A stretch of DNA of 50,818 bases. Source: Candidatus Omnitrophota bacterium. Its GTDB lineage: Bacteria; Omnitrophota; Gorgyraeia; Gorgyraeales; Gorgyraeaceae. The stretch covers positions 1 through 50,818 of the forward strand of contig JBDRCN010000031.1 in NCBI GenBank assembly GCA_043821705.1, in the 5' to 3' direction. The translations under genes were made by a program, and so were the position numbers. Below are positions 1-8,431 of this stretch, in pieces (position 1 is the stretch's first letter; every line of letters starts with the position of its first letter). The notes beneath the pieces were generated by a model. That model did not search any database, was not told the origin of the DNA, and worked only from the letters and a program-made list of their open reading frames with translations.

Positions 1-28
1 GTAGTAGATAAGTGAGTAGAAGTCTTTG

Positions 29-69
29 GCCGTGAGGCACGAAAAAGAATTCGCCTTACGGTTTTTTTT
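29..69 (+). promoter_or_regulatory. Leader hairpin with U-tract (attenuator-like) in the csp 5' UTR
   Basis: GCCGTGAGGC...GCCTTACGGT followed by a T run upstream of the RBS; a homologous hairpin precedes the second csp copy. Confidence 0.6.
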
Positions 70-120
70 ATCTTTCTGCAGTTATTTACTATAATTTTTG
101 GAGAAAGGAGGTAGTAGGTA

Positions 121-321
121 ATGGCAAAAGGAACAGTAAAATGGTTCAGTGACCAAAAAGGTTACGGATTCATTACTCCTGAGTCAGGACCAGATGTATT
201 CGTACATCATAGTTCGATTCAAGGCGATGGCTTTAAGTCTTTATCAGAAGGTCAAGCAGTAGAATTTGATATAGAAGACGGCGCAAAGGGCAAACAAGCT
301 CAGAACGTAGTAAAGTTATAA
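121..321 (+). CDS. cspA: Cold-shock protein (CspA family)
   Basis: 66 aa with RNP1 KGYGFI and RNP2 VFVHHS motifs; RBS AAGGAGG. Confidence 0.97.
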   Translation: MAKGTVKWFSDQKGYGFITPESGPDVFVHHSSIQGDGFKSLSEGQAVEFDIEDGAKGKQAQNVVKL

Positions 322-331
322 TTCGGAAACT

Positions 332-366
332 AATAAGGCCTGCGGTAAAACGTAGGCCTTATTTTT
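332..366 (+). terminator. Rho-independent terminator after csp
   Basis: AATAAGGCCTGCG-GTAAAA-CGTAGGCCTTATT followed by T's. Confidence 0.8.
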
Positions 367-392
367 AAACCCCATCAAGAAGGAGCTTACAC

Positions 393-551
393 ATGGTTAA
401 GAAGATAAAGACATTCAGAAAGAACAGGATCTGTAAGTTTCCAAAATGTAGACAAGTTTTGAATATCTATAATCCAAGTACACTTTGTTATATCCATCAA
501 CAGCCCGTAATTTCCAAAGAAGAACCTGTAATCATAAACAGCCAATCATAA
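393..551 (+). CDS. Small basic putative zinc-finger protein (52 aa, C-x4-C-x12-C-x2-H), below the ORF-track cutoff
   Basis: AAGGAG RBS then ATG at 393; MVKKIKTFRKNRICKFPKCRQVLNIYNPSTLCYIHQQPVISKEEPVIINSQS*. Confidence 0.7.
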   Translation: MVKKIKTFRKNRICKFPKCRQVLNIYNPSTLCYIHQQPVISKEEPVIINSQS

Positions 552-627
552 TTTTTAAATAGTCACGTAAGATTGACAGATGGTGTCATTGGTATCCAAG
601 GCACTATTTTTTTTATCCACAAATAAT

Positions 628-2463
628 ATGCCCAATCAAAAAAGAAGAAAAAATGTTCGGAACCTCGCGATCATAGCGCACGTTGATCATGGAAAGACTA
701 CTCTTGTAGATGCTCTCCTGAAATATACAGGTGCCTATGATTTTAAAGATGGCGAAGTTGCTATAATGGACTCAAATCCTCTTGAGAAAGAAAGAGGCAT
801 TACTATCCTGTCTAAAAACGCTTCTCTTCAATACAAGGGCGTACAATTTAATCTCGTTGATACACCTGGACATGCTGATTTTGGTAGCGAAGTTGAACGC
901 ATCCTTAAGATGGTTGACGGGGTGTTGCTTCTTGTTGATGCTTTTGAAGGGCCTATGCCACAGACTAAATTTGTTTTAAAAAAGTCGCTAGAGTTACATT
1001 TAAAACCAATACTTGTTATAAATAAGCTTGATCGTCCCCATGCCAGGCCAGATGAAGTAGCGGATCTGACATTTGATCTTTTTTGTGAGTTGAACGCTTC
1101 AGATGAACAGCTCGATTTTCCGATCGTCTATGCTTCAGGAAAAGATGGTTATGCGACCCTTGATCTGGATGAACCAAGAGATTCCATGAAACCTCTTTTA
1201 GAGACTATTTTACATAGAGTGTTACCTCCAATAGCTAATCCTAACTTACCTTTTCAAATGCTAGTCACAATGCTTGATTATGATTCTTATGTAGGCAGGA
1301 TAGCCATAGGAAGGGTTTTTCATGGGACTGTCAACACAGGGGATCCTGTGGCACTTGTAAAGCGTGATGGGACTATTGCCAAGGGTAAGGTAACCAAGAT
1401 AATGAAATATCGTGGATTGGTCCGCGTAGAAGTCAACGAAGCTATAGCAGGAGATATTATATTGATTTCTGGGGTAGAGGACGTAGAGGTGGGAGAGACA
1501 CTTACATGCATAAATGAGCCAAAAGGACTATCTACTATTAAGATAGATGAACCTACTATCTCTATGAATTTTTCTCATAATACAAGCCCACTTTCAGGAC
1601 AAGATGGAGGAAGATTTTTAACATCTAGGCATATTCGTGAGCGTCTTCAGCATGAGGCTATGATAAATGTTGGCATAAAGATAGAGGATGTTCCAGGAAC
1701 TGAGCGCTTAAAGGTCTCAGGCAGAGGTGAACTCCATCTAGCTATCCTTATTGAAACAATGCGTCGTGAAGGATATGAGATGGAAGTTTCTAGGCCACAG
1801 GTTATTCTAAAGAAAATGGGTGATAGGCTTCTTGAGCCTGTTGAAGAAGTTATAATCGAGGTTGAAGATGAATACCAGGGTGTTATCATGCAGGTACTTG
1901 GAACTCGTAAAGCTCAGATGCGTGACCTGAAATCGCTCTCCACAGGCGCTATTCGTATGGAATTTATTATTGCATCCCGGGCATTGATAGGATTTAGAAA
2001 TGAATTTCTCTTAGTTACTCGAGGCAATGGCATCATGTATCAGAATTTTCTTGAATATCAGACCCATAAGGGAGAGATGCCTAGTCGTCAAAACGGTGTG
2101 CTTGTTTCACATGGAAGAGGGGATGCAGTGGCGTACGCACTGAATAATCTACAGGCACGCGGTGAGATCTTTATTAAACCAGGAGACAAGCTGTATGAAG
2201 GCATGATCGTTGGCGTTAATAATAAAGGAGTTGATCTTACTGTAAATGCCTTACGCGGGAAAAAATTGACTAATATGCGCGCTTCAGGAAGTGACGATGC
2301 TATCGCGCTTATCCCTCCACGGCAGATGACGCTTGAATTTGCTCTTGAGTTTATCGAGGATGACGAATTGGTAGAGATAACTCCTAAAAACATAAGACTT
2401 AGAAAAATAAATCTGACAGAAATAGAACGCAAACGAGCTAGTCGTAGCGTACAATCAGGATAA
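628..2463 (+). CDS. typA: Translational GTPase TypA/BipA
   Basis: RNLAIIAHVDHGKTTLVD, ERGITI, DTPGHADF, NKLD, GRGELHLAILIETMRREG, KKLTNMRASG. Start placed at ATG 628 (ORF open from 580). Confidence 0.96.
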   Translation: MPNQKRRKNVRNLAIIAHVDHGKTTLVDALLKYTGAYDFKDGEVAIMDSNPLEKERGITILSKNASLQYKGVQFNLVDTPGHADFGSEVERILKMVDGVLLLVDAFEGPMPQTKFVLKKSLELHLKPILVINKLDRPHARPDEVADLTFDLFCELNASDEQLDFPIVYASGKDGYATLDLDEPRDSMKPLLETILHRVLPPIANPNLPFQMLVTMLDYDSYVGRIAIGRVFHGTVNTGDPVALVKRDGTIAKGKVTKIMKYRGLVRVEVNEAIAGDIILISGVEDVEVGETLTCINEPKGLSTIKIDEPTISMNFSHNTSPLSGQDGGRFLTSRHIRERLQHEAMINVGIKIEDVPGTERLKVSGRGELHLAILIETMRREGYEMEVSRPQVILKKMGDRLLEPVEEVIIEVEDEYQGVIMQVLGTRKAQMRDLKSLSTGAIRMEFIIASRALIGFRNEFLLVTRGNGIMYQNFLEYQTHKGEMPSRQNGVLVSHGRGDAVAYALNNLQARGEIFIKPGDKLYEGMIVGVNNKGVDLTVNALRGKKLTNMRASGSDDAIALIPPRQMTLEFALEFIEDDELVEITPKNIRLRKINLTEIERKRASRSVQSG

Positions 2464-2500
2464 TATTCACTATAACAGTAGGTAAAAAGAGAGGTATGGT

Positions 2501-2953
2501 ATGAAAAAACTCACTAAGCGGAAGAGGCCATTGAAGGCATCACAGGATAAGCCTAACTTATCTGATATTATCACTAAAATGCAACAGCAGTTGGGCGATA
2601 TAGAAAAAAAGCTGGATATCTTGATCAGCCAGCCTGAAAAGCCAAATCAGAACTTTAACCGTCATGATCGTCATGATCGCCATGATCGCCATGATAGAGG
2701 AAGACAGGATTATGGTTCCAGGGAAAAGACCTACACCAAGGTTATTTGCGCAGACTGCAGTAAAGAATGTGAGATCCCATTCAAACCTAAAGATGGTCGT
2801 CCAGTATATTGCAAGGAATGCTTTTCAAAGAGCAGAAAAAGCAACTCGTTCAGCTCGAATCGGGATAACAGGCCTGAAAAAAGACAAAAGTTCGATAGAA
2901 ACAAGAAGCCGTTCTTTTTACGTAAAAAGAAACAGGCTCAACTAGATCGTTAA
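2501..2953 (+). CDS. CxxC-x17-CxxC domain protein with N-terminal coiled coil
   Basis: CADC-SKECEIPFKPKDGRPVY-CKEC; basic low-complexity flanks; GAGG RBS. Confidence 0.88.
   Translation: MKKLTKRKRPLKASQDKPNLSDIITKMQQQLGDIEKKLDILISQPEKPNQNFNRHDRHDRHDRHDRGRQDYGSREKTYTKVICADCSKECEIPFKPKDGRPVYCKECFSKSRKSNSFSSNRDNRPEKRQKFDRNKKPFFLRKKKQAQLDR
2660..2695 (+). repeat. In-frame tandem repeat, 4 x 9 bp (CGYCATGAT, encoding RHD)
   Basis: cgtcatgat cgtcatgat cgccatgat cgccatgat. Confidence 0.9.
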
Positions 2954-2996
2954 GTTCTTCCTTTACTTACACCTTGTTAGATATTAAGATAATACT

Positions 2997-4391
2997 ATGA
3001 TAAAAAAGACCTTATATTTCTTAAAAACCTTTGAAGTAAAAGTCATATTGATCTTGATCATAGCTATGCTGTCCATAGGTATCATGGGGAATGTCTTGGT
3101 GCATAAATTTGCCCTTGATTCACACTTCAATCAATTGCGCGACAAGTTAAAGATAATAGCTAGTACAACTGCATTAAGTATAGATGTAGACATGCTTCTC
3201 GAAGTCCCGTTAAATAAAGAGGGCGTAAATACCGAACCGTTCAAGAAAATTGTTAAAAAATTACAAAAGATAAAACAGCAAAACTCGCTTATACGCTATA
3301 TCTATATAATGACGAAGACTGACCAAGAAGGTGTGTGGCAGTTCATGGTGGATCCAGAACCAGTTGAAGAGGGCAATGAAGATGCTACAGCTTATCCTGG
3401 AGATAAATACGATGCTTCACGTTTTCCTGAGATGTTGAAAGCCTTTGACGGGCCATCTGCAGATATAAGATTAGAGGTAGACGAGTGGGGTGTTACATTG
3501 TCTGGCTACGCACCTATTTATGACAAAGACAACAAGGCTATAGCTATGCTAGGGGTAGACATGCTGGCTTCTGATGTATACCTGACGCAAAAGATAGTAC
3601 ATCGAAGAATGGTTTTTGTGTTGACACTAGGCATTATTTTATCAATGATATTCGGGCCATTATTTGCAAAGAGGATCACGGGCCCGCTCAAAAAATTGAT
3701 GGAAGGGACCAGGCGCATAAGTATGGGGGATCTGGGGTATAAAGTCAAAGCAGAAGGCAGTAACGAGGTAAGAGAGCTTGCAGAGTCTTTTAATACTATG
3801 GCAGATGAACTTTCCAGATCACAGAAAAAGAATAGCAGTTATTTTTATGATGTTATCCAGTCTATGGTGCGCATAGTAGAGGCAAAAGATCATTACACTA
3901 GGGGCCACTCGGAGAGAGTGGCAGAATATGCAGAGATGATAGCATCTAGTATGGCGCTTTCTCAAGACCAGATAGAGATAATAAAAGAGACAGCCATGAT
4001 CCACGATATAGGCAAATTAGGTATAAAAGATGATATACTCAATAAGAAGGGTAAGCTTACTGATGATGAGTGGGAGATGATCAAAAAGCATCCTGTTATT
4101 GGGGAGGACATAATAAAACCTGTCTCGCTTAACTCTGAAGTCCTGGCAATGATAAGGGGGCATCATGAACGACACGATGGGCTTGGCTATCCTGATGGTT
4201 TAAAAGGAGAGGATACCAATCTCTTTGCCCAGATCATATGCGTGGTAGATGCTTATGATGCTATGATATCATCCAGGGCGTACAGGCAAGCCATGCCAAA
4301 AGAAAAGGCAGTCGATGAATTAAAAAAGAACAAAGGCACGCAGTTTAACTCAAGGATCGTAGACATCTTCCTAAAGATCCTGGAAGCATAA
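2997..4391 (+). CDS. Membrane HAMP + HD-GYP c-di-GMP phosphodiesterase
   Basis: Two TM helices flanking a Cache-like sensor, HAMP, YTRGHSERV, HDIGK, HHERHDGLGYPDG. Confidence 0.92.
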   Translation: MIKKTLYFLKTFEVKVILILIIAMLSIGIMGNVLVHKFALDSHFNQLRDKLKIIASTTALSIDVDMLLEVPLNKEGVNTEPFKKIVKKLQKIKQQNSLIRYIYIMTKTDQEGVWQFMVDPEPVEEGNEDATAYPGDKYDASRFPEMLKAFDGPSADIRLEVDEWGVTLSGYAPIYDKDNKAIAMLGVDMLASDVYLTQKIVHRRMVFVLTLGIILSMIFGPLFAKRITGPLKKLMEGTRRISMGDLGYKVKAEGSNEVRELAESFNTMADELSRSQKKNSSYFYDVIQSMVRIVEAKDHYTRGHSERVAEYAEMIASSMALSQDQIEIIKETAMIHDIGKLGIKDDILNKKGKLTDDEWEMIKKHPVIGEDIIKPVSLNSEVLAMIRGHHERHDGLGYPDGLKGEDTNLFAQIICVVDAYDAMISSRAYRQAMPKEKAVDELKKNKGTQFNSRIVDIFLKILEA

Positions 4392-4432
4392 TATCCGCTC
4401 CACCCATACAATAAAAATTTCATAAAAAATAG

Positions 4433-4489
4433 TTGACAACCAGGGATTTTTGTATATACTTATGGACATATGAGCATAAGTTCATAAGA
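4433..4489 (+). promoter_or_regulatory. Sigma70 promoter with ArsR/SmtB-type operator
   Basis: TTGACA(4433)-16 bp-TATACT(4455); imperfect palindrome ACATATGAGCATAAGTTCATAAG near 4466-4488, directly upstream of the ArsR gene. Confidence 0.7.
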
Positions 4490-4510
4490 TAAAGAGAAGG
4501 AAGGACTGAT

Positions 4511-4852
4511 ATGCGCCTAAAAAAAGCCCGCCAGATATTAAAAACATTTGCCGACGATACAAGGCTTAGGATAATCAGTCTTTTAAAGGGCAATATATTG
4601 ACCGTGACTGATATATGTGTGGTTTTAAATAAGAAGCAATCGAATGTTTCAAAGCATTTGACAAGGCTGAGATTGACTGGTGTAGTTTCTGATAAGAGGA
4701 AAGGGGCTAATGTAAATTATTGCCTAGCTGACCAGAAGGACCCATCCTGTAAGGCACTTCTTAAGGCTATTACCAATGGACTCTCAGATCTTGAGATCTT
4801 ACAAAAAGACAAGGAGACATTAACTAAACTAAGGAAGAGGAGGACTAGATGA
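4511..4852 (+). CDS. ArsR/SmtB family transcriptional regulator
   Basis: KTFADDTRLRII...LTVTDI...QSNVSKHLTRLR...RKG..VNY wHTH signature. Confidence 0.92.
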   Translation: MRLKKARQILKTFADDTRLRIISLLKGNILTVTDICVVLNKKQSNVSKHLTRLRLTGVVSDKRKGANVNYCLADQKDPSCKALLKAITNGLSDLEILQKDKETLTKLRKRRTR

Positions 4853-5277
4853 CGAGACGTATTTTTGTTTTAGCGATCTTGCTGGTTGTGTCAGCGTTTA
4901 TGTTTACTAATATAGCTTTGCTGAGAGCAGAAGAGCAAGTAGATCTAAGTTATGAAAATGATCTAAATGAGCTTATGAACATGGAAACAGAAGAAGTAAC
5001 TGCCCAGGAAGAGCAATACGCATGGGGAGCAGTAAAGAGTATAACGCCTAGCGAGATCAGTATTTCAGAGTTTGACTATGAGCTGGAAAAAGATGTTGCT
5101 ATAGCGTATGTTATTGATAAAGACACCAAGCTCGACAACTTTAAGTCTATAAGCGAGATATCAATGGGTGACAATGTCGAGGTCGAGTATATACAAAAAG
5201 ACGATCAGAAGATCGCGAAGACCATTGCTTTAGAAAAAGAAGAAACCGATCCAGAACTTATGGAAGGAGCAGAATGA
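4849..5277 (+). CDS. Exported acidic hypothetical protein (OB-fold-like)
   Basis: Signal peptide; WGAVKSI...ISMGDNVEVEY...AKTI pattern; ATGA overlap with the ArsR stop. Confidence 0.75.
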   Translation: MTRRIFVLAILLVVSAFMFTNIALLRAEEQVDLSYENDLNELMNMETEEVTAQEEQYAWGAVKSITPSEISISEFDYELEKDVAIAYVIDKDTKLDNFKSISEISMGDNVEVEYIQKDDQKIAKTIALEKEETDPELMEGAE

Positions 5278-5284
5278 ACTTAAA

Positions 5285-6451
5285 ATGGAGACAGAAAATA
5301 GAGAGACTTCTGTTGTAAATGACGAACCTCCTGGATGTAGCAGCGCTAGTGAAAGTTGGAAATGGCAGTTAATAAATTCAGTAAAAGATCTTGATGTCTT
5401 AAGTGATCTGTTTTATTTTGACGCAGGCAAAAAACAAAGCCTAGAAAGAGTCATAAAGGAGTACCCTTTCAGAGTCACACCATACTATCTCTCACTTATC
5501 AATAAAACTGACCCCGATGATCCTATCAGGAGACAGGCCATACCTTCTCCTGAAGAAGAAAACTTCTATATAGAAGTCCAGAATGACCCTTTAGGCGAAG
5601 AAAAGGATACTGTTATGCCTGGCCTTGTGCATCGTTACCCAGACAGGGTCTTGGTAACTTTGACTAACATGTGCCCAATGCTCTGCAGGCACTGTACAAG
5701 AAAAAGGGAATGGCAAGGAGGGAATTGGGTAAGAAGCCCTAAGGAGCTGGAAGAGATATATAAATACATATTTCTTCATGAAGAAATAACAGATGTTATT
5801 CTTTCCGGAGGAGACCCTTTAATATTATCAACAGAAAAACTGGAAGGGATACTTGCAAGTTTAAGGTCTATAAAACACATAGAGATAGTGAGGATAGGCA
5901 CTCGCTGTCCAGTGGTATTGCCTCAGAGGATAGATGAGAGCTTGGTAGCAGTTTTAAAAAAATACAGGCCTATATGGGTAAATACTCATTTTAATCATCC
6001 GAACGAGATCACTGCTGAATCAAGCAAGGCTTGTGATAGGCTGCTTCTAAACGGGATACAGGTAAATAATCAGACTGTGCTTTTAAAGGGTGTAAATGAT
6101 GACCCTAAGACCATGATAAGGCTTTGTAAAGGCCTTCTAAAGATCGGGGTCAGGCCTTATTATCTTTTTCACTGCGATCCAGTGAGCGGGGCTGGACATT
6201 TCAGGACATCTATAGATAAAGGCCTTAGTATAATAAAGGAGATGAGGGGTTTCATATCAGGGTTAGCAGTGCCTACATACGTGGTAGATGGCCTGGAAGG
6301 CCAGGGAAAAGTGCCTTTGCAGCCAGATAACCTGGTCTCTAAGGAAAAGGATTATTTTACACTAAGAGGATATAAAGGAGAGGCCTTTAACTACTATAAC
6401 ATCGAGGAAAAAGAACATGAAAATAGGCATAACTTACAATCTAAAAGATGA
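5285..6451 (+). CDS. kamA: KamA family radical SAM/PLP aminomutase (lysine 2,3-aminomutase-like)
   Basis: HRYPDRVL, CPMLCRHC, SGGDPL, PVVLPQRI, HFNHP, NQTVLLKGVND, PYYLFHCD, GQGKVP (PLP lysine). Confidence 0.92.
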   Translation: METENRETSVVNDEPPGCSSASESWKWQLINSVKDLDVLSDLFYFDAGKKQSLERVIKEYPFRVTPYYLSLINKTDPDDPIRRQAIPSPEEENFYIEVQNDPLGEEKDTVMPGLVHRYPDRVLVTLTNMCPMLCRHCTRKREWQGGNWVRSPKELEEIYKYIFLHEEITDVILSGGDPLILSTEKLEGILASLRSIKHIEIVRIGTRCPVVLPQRIDESLVAVLKKYRPIWVNTHFNHPNEITAESSKACDRLLLNGIQVNNQTVLLKGVNDDPKTMIRLCKGLLKIGVRPYYLFHCDPVSGAGHFRTSIDKGLSIIKEMRGFISGLAVPTYVVDGLEGQGKVPLQPDNLVSKEKDYFTLRGYKGEAFNYYNIEEKEHENRHNLQSKR

Positions 6452-7451
6452 TCCGTTCTTTGCTGGACTTTCGAACAAGGAGAACTCCGAAGAATTTGAT
6501 TCTATAGAGACCATCCATGCTATAAGTAATGTGTTCAAGAAGAATGGTTTCGAGGTAGTCGAGCTAGGCGGCAATTTAGATATAGTAGAAAAGTTGAAAA
6601 AAGAAAAAGTATTCTTTGTATTTAATATAGCAGAAGGGTATTATGGAAGGAACAGGGAATCTACTATACCTTCGATATTAGAGATGCTGAACACACCTTA
6701 TTCAGGCTCAGACCCCTTGACGCTCGGGCTGGCGCTGGATAAAGTAGCCAGCAAGAAGATACTGCAATATGCTAAGGTACAGACACCTAGTTATTGGGTA
6801 ATAAAAAAAGAAGAAGACCTGTTGGATGTAGAATGCAGGCTCAGGTTCCCTATGATAACAAAGCCTGCGTGGGAAGGTTCCAGTAAAGGTATATATGATT
6901 CCTCCAAGGTGTTTGATAAGGAAGGCCTTGTAAAAAGCATAAAGACGCTTTTAAAAAAATATCCAAAACAACCCATCCTGGTGGAAGAGTATATTAAAGG
7001 CAGGGAGATAACAGCTGCTGTCATAGGAAATGAAAAACCAGAGATATTAGGACTGATGGAGATGGTAAATAAAGATAAGGCCAAAGATGATTTTTTCTAT
7101 TCGCTAGAGACCAAAAGGAACTGGGAAGACCTGGTAGAGTATAAATCTCCTCCAGAACTGCCTCAGGCTTTAGAACTACGCATAAAACGCCAAGCGATCG
7201 TTGCTTTTAAGGAATTTGGCTGCAGGGATATAGCGAGGATAGATTTTAAGGTCTCAGAGTACAATGAACCATTTGTCCTGGAGATAAATCCATTACCAGG
7301 ACTTTCGCCTAAATATGGGGACTTGGTCATAATGGCTAAGATGAATAATATTGGACACGAGGAGCTTGTATTAAAGATACTGAATGCTGCGTTCTCCAGG
7401 TACAATATAAAAAATATAGCTCCCAAACCTTCTGAGGCTTGCGGGATATGA
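6417..7451 (+). CDS. D-Ala-D-Ala ligase-like ATP-grasp enzyme
   Basis: FNIAEG, GSDPLTL..ALDK, KPAWEGSSKGI, VEEYIKGREI, ARIDF, LEINPLPGL. Confidence 0.9.
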   Translation: MKIGITYNLKDDPFFAGLSNKENSEEFDSIETIHAISNVFKKNGFEVVELGGNLDIVEKLKKEKVFFVFNIAEGYYGRNRESTIPSILEMLNTPYSGSDPLTLGLALDKVASKKILQYAKVQTPSYWVIKKEEDLLDVECRLRFPMITKPAWEGSSKGIYDSSKVFDKEGLVKSIKTLLKKYPKQPILVEEYIKGREITAAVIGNEKPEILGLMEMVNKDKAKDDFFYSLETKRNWEDLVEYKSPPELPQALELRIKRQAIVAFKEFGCRDIARIDFKVSEYNEPFVLEINPLPGLSPKYGDLVIMAKMNNIGHEELVLKILNAAFSRYNIKNIAPKPSEACGI

Positions 7452-8431
7452 AAACATATGATTTTGCGCTCACTTGGAATAGTGACAAAAAAGAAAAATT
7501 TGTAAAATGGTTAAAGGAAGAATCTTCTTTAAAAGGCCTTAGGTTTTTGCTTATAGACAGCAATAATGCATCGATGGTAATAGATGACCTGGAAAAGGGC
7601 AAGTTACAAATAAAGTTCTTGTTGGATAATGAGGCAAATTATAATGATCCTAAAGATGTGTTTGCCAGATTATGCTATGCAGCAAAGGATGCGAATGGGT
7701 TCGTGGTATGTGATCCTGATGACGCAAGGCAGGCTTCAAATAAAGCAATAGCTCATTATGACCTCGTCAATGCAAATATTGTAGTTCCTTATACCATTGT
7801 TGTCAGGAATTGGAAGCCAGATGACACTTCTCTCACAAAAGCAGAGTTAAAAAAGTTAGGCGCACCTTTTATCATAAAGCCTGCTTCAGGGTTTGGACAG
7901 AAGGGTGTGGTAAAGAACGCTACTGGGTCTATCGCTGAGATAGCTGAAGCAAGACATTTTAATAGAGGCGATGACTTTCTTATACAGGAGAAGATAGAAC
8001 CAGTGTTTTTCGGGGAAAAGCAAGGCTGGTTCAGGGTATATTTTCTATTCGGAGAGATAATACCATGTTGGTGGAATACTGAAAATGGCCATTATGAGCA
8101 TCTTACACTAAAAGATATGCATAGTTACAAATTGACGCCATTAGCTAGAATAACCTCTAAGATCGCAGAGTTGACCAATATGGTATTTTTTACAACAGAA
8201 ATAGCAATAACTGGCAAAGGAAAAGACAGGCGTTTTGTCTGCATAGATTATGTAAATGACCAGCCAGAACTATGTGTTCGTCCAGGTAAAGGCGGGCCAG
8301 TACACGAAGTAGTAAAACATATAGCAGAAAGAATAATAGATATCGTATGGAGGATGCAAAAAGCAAAGCAGCAGGACATACACAGGTCTATATGGCTTGC
8401 AAAAGCGCAGACAGAAGATGAAACCATTTAA
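7448..8431 (+). CDS. Second, divergent ATP-grasp fold protein
   Basis: NKAIAH..L....I.VPYT, PFIIKPASGFG, FLIQEKI, FRVYF, IDYVND; ATGA coupling to the upstream stop. Confidence 0.78.
   Translation: MKTYDFALTWNSDKKEKFVKWLKEESSLKGLRFLLIDSNNASMVIDDLEKGKLQIKFLLDNEANYNDPKDVFARLCYAAKDANGFVVCDPDDARQASNKAIAHYDLVNANIVVPYTIVVRNWKPDDTSLTKAELKKLGAPFIIKPASGFGQKGVVKNATGSIAEIAEARHFNRGDDFLIQEKIEPVFFGEKQGWFRVYFLFGEIIPCWWNTENGHYEHLTLKDMHSYKLTPLARITSKIAELTNMVFFTTEIAITGKGKDRRFVCIDYVNDQPELCVRPGKGGPVHEVVKHIAERIIDIVWRMQKAKQQDIHRSIWLAKAQTEDETI

Noticed and set aside
2664-2945. Alternative-frame ORF beginning MIVMIAMIAM
   Set aside because: By-product of the 9-bp repeat inside the CxxC-x17-CxxC gene.
5285-6451. EpmB (EF-P modification) or AblA (N-acetyl-beta-lysine) assignment
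   Set aside because: No efp, epmA or ablB neighbours in the window; the context is ATP-grasp ligases and an S66 peptidase.
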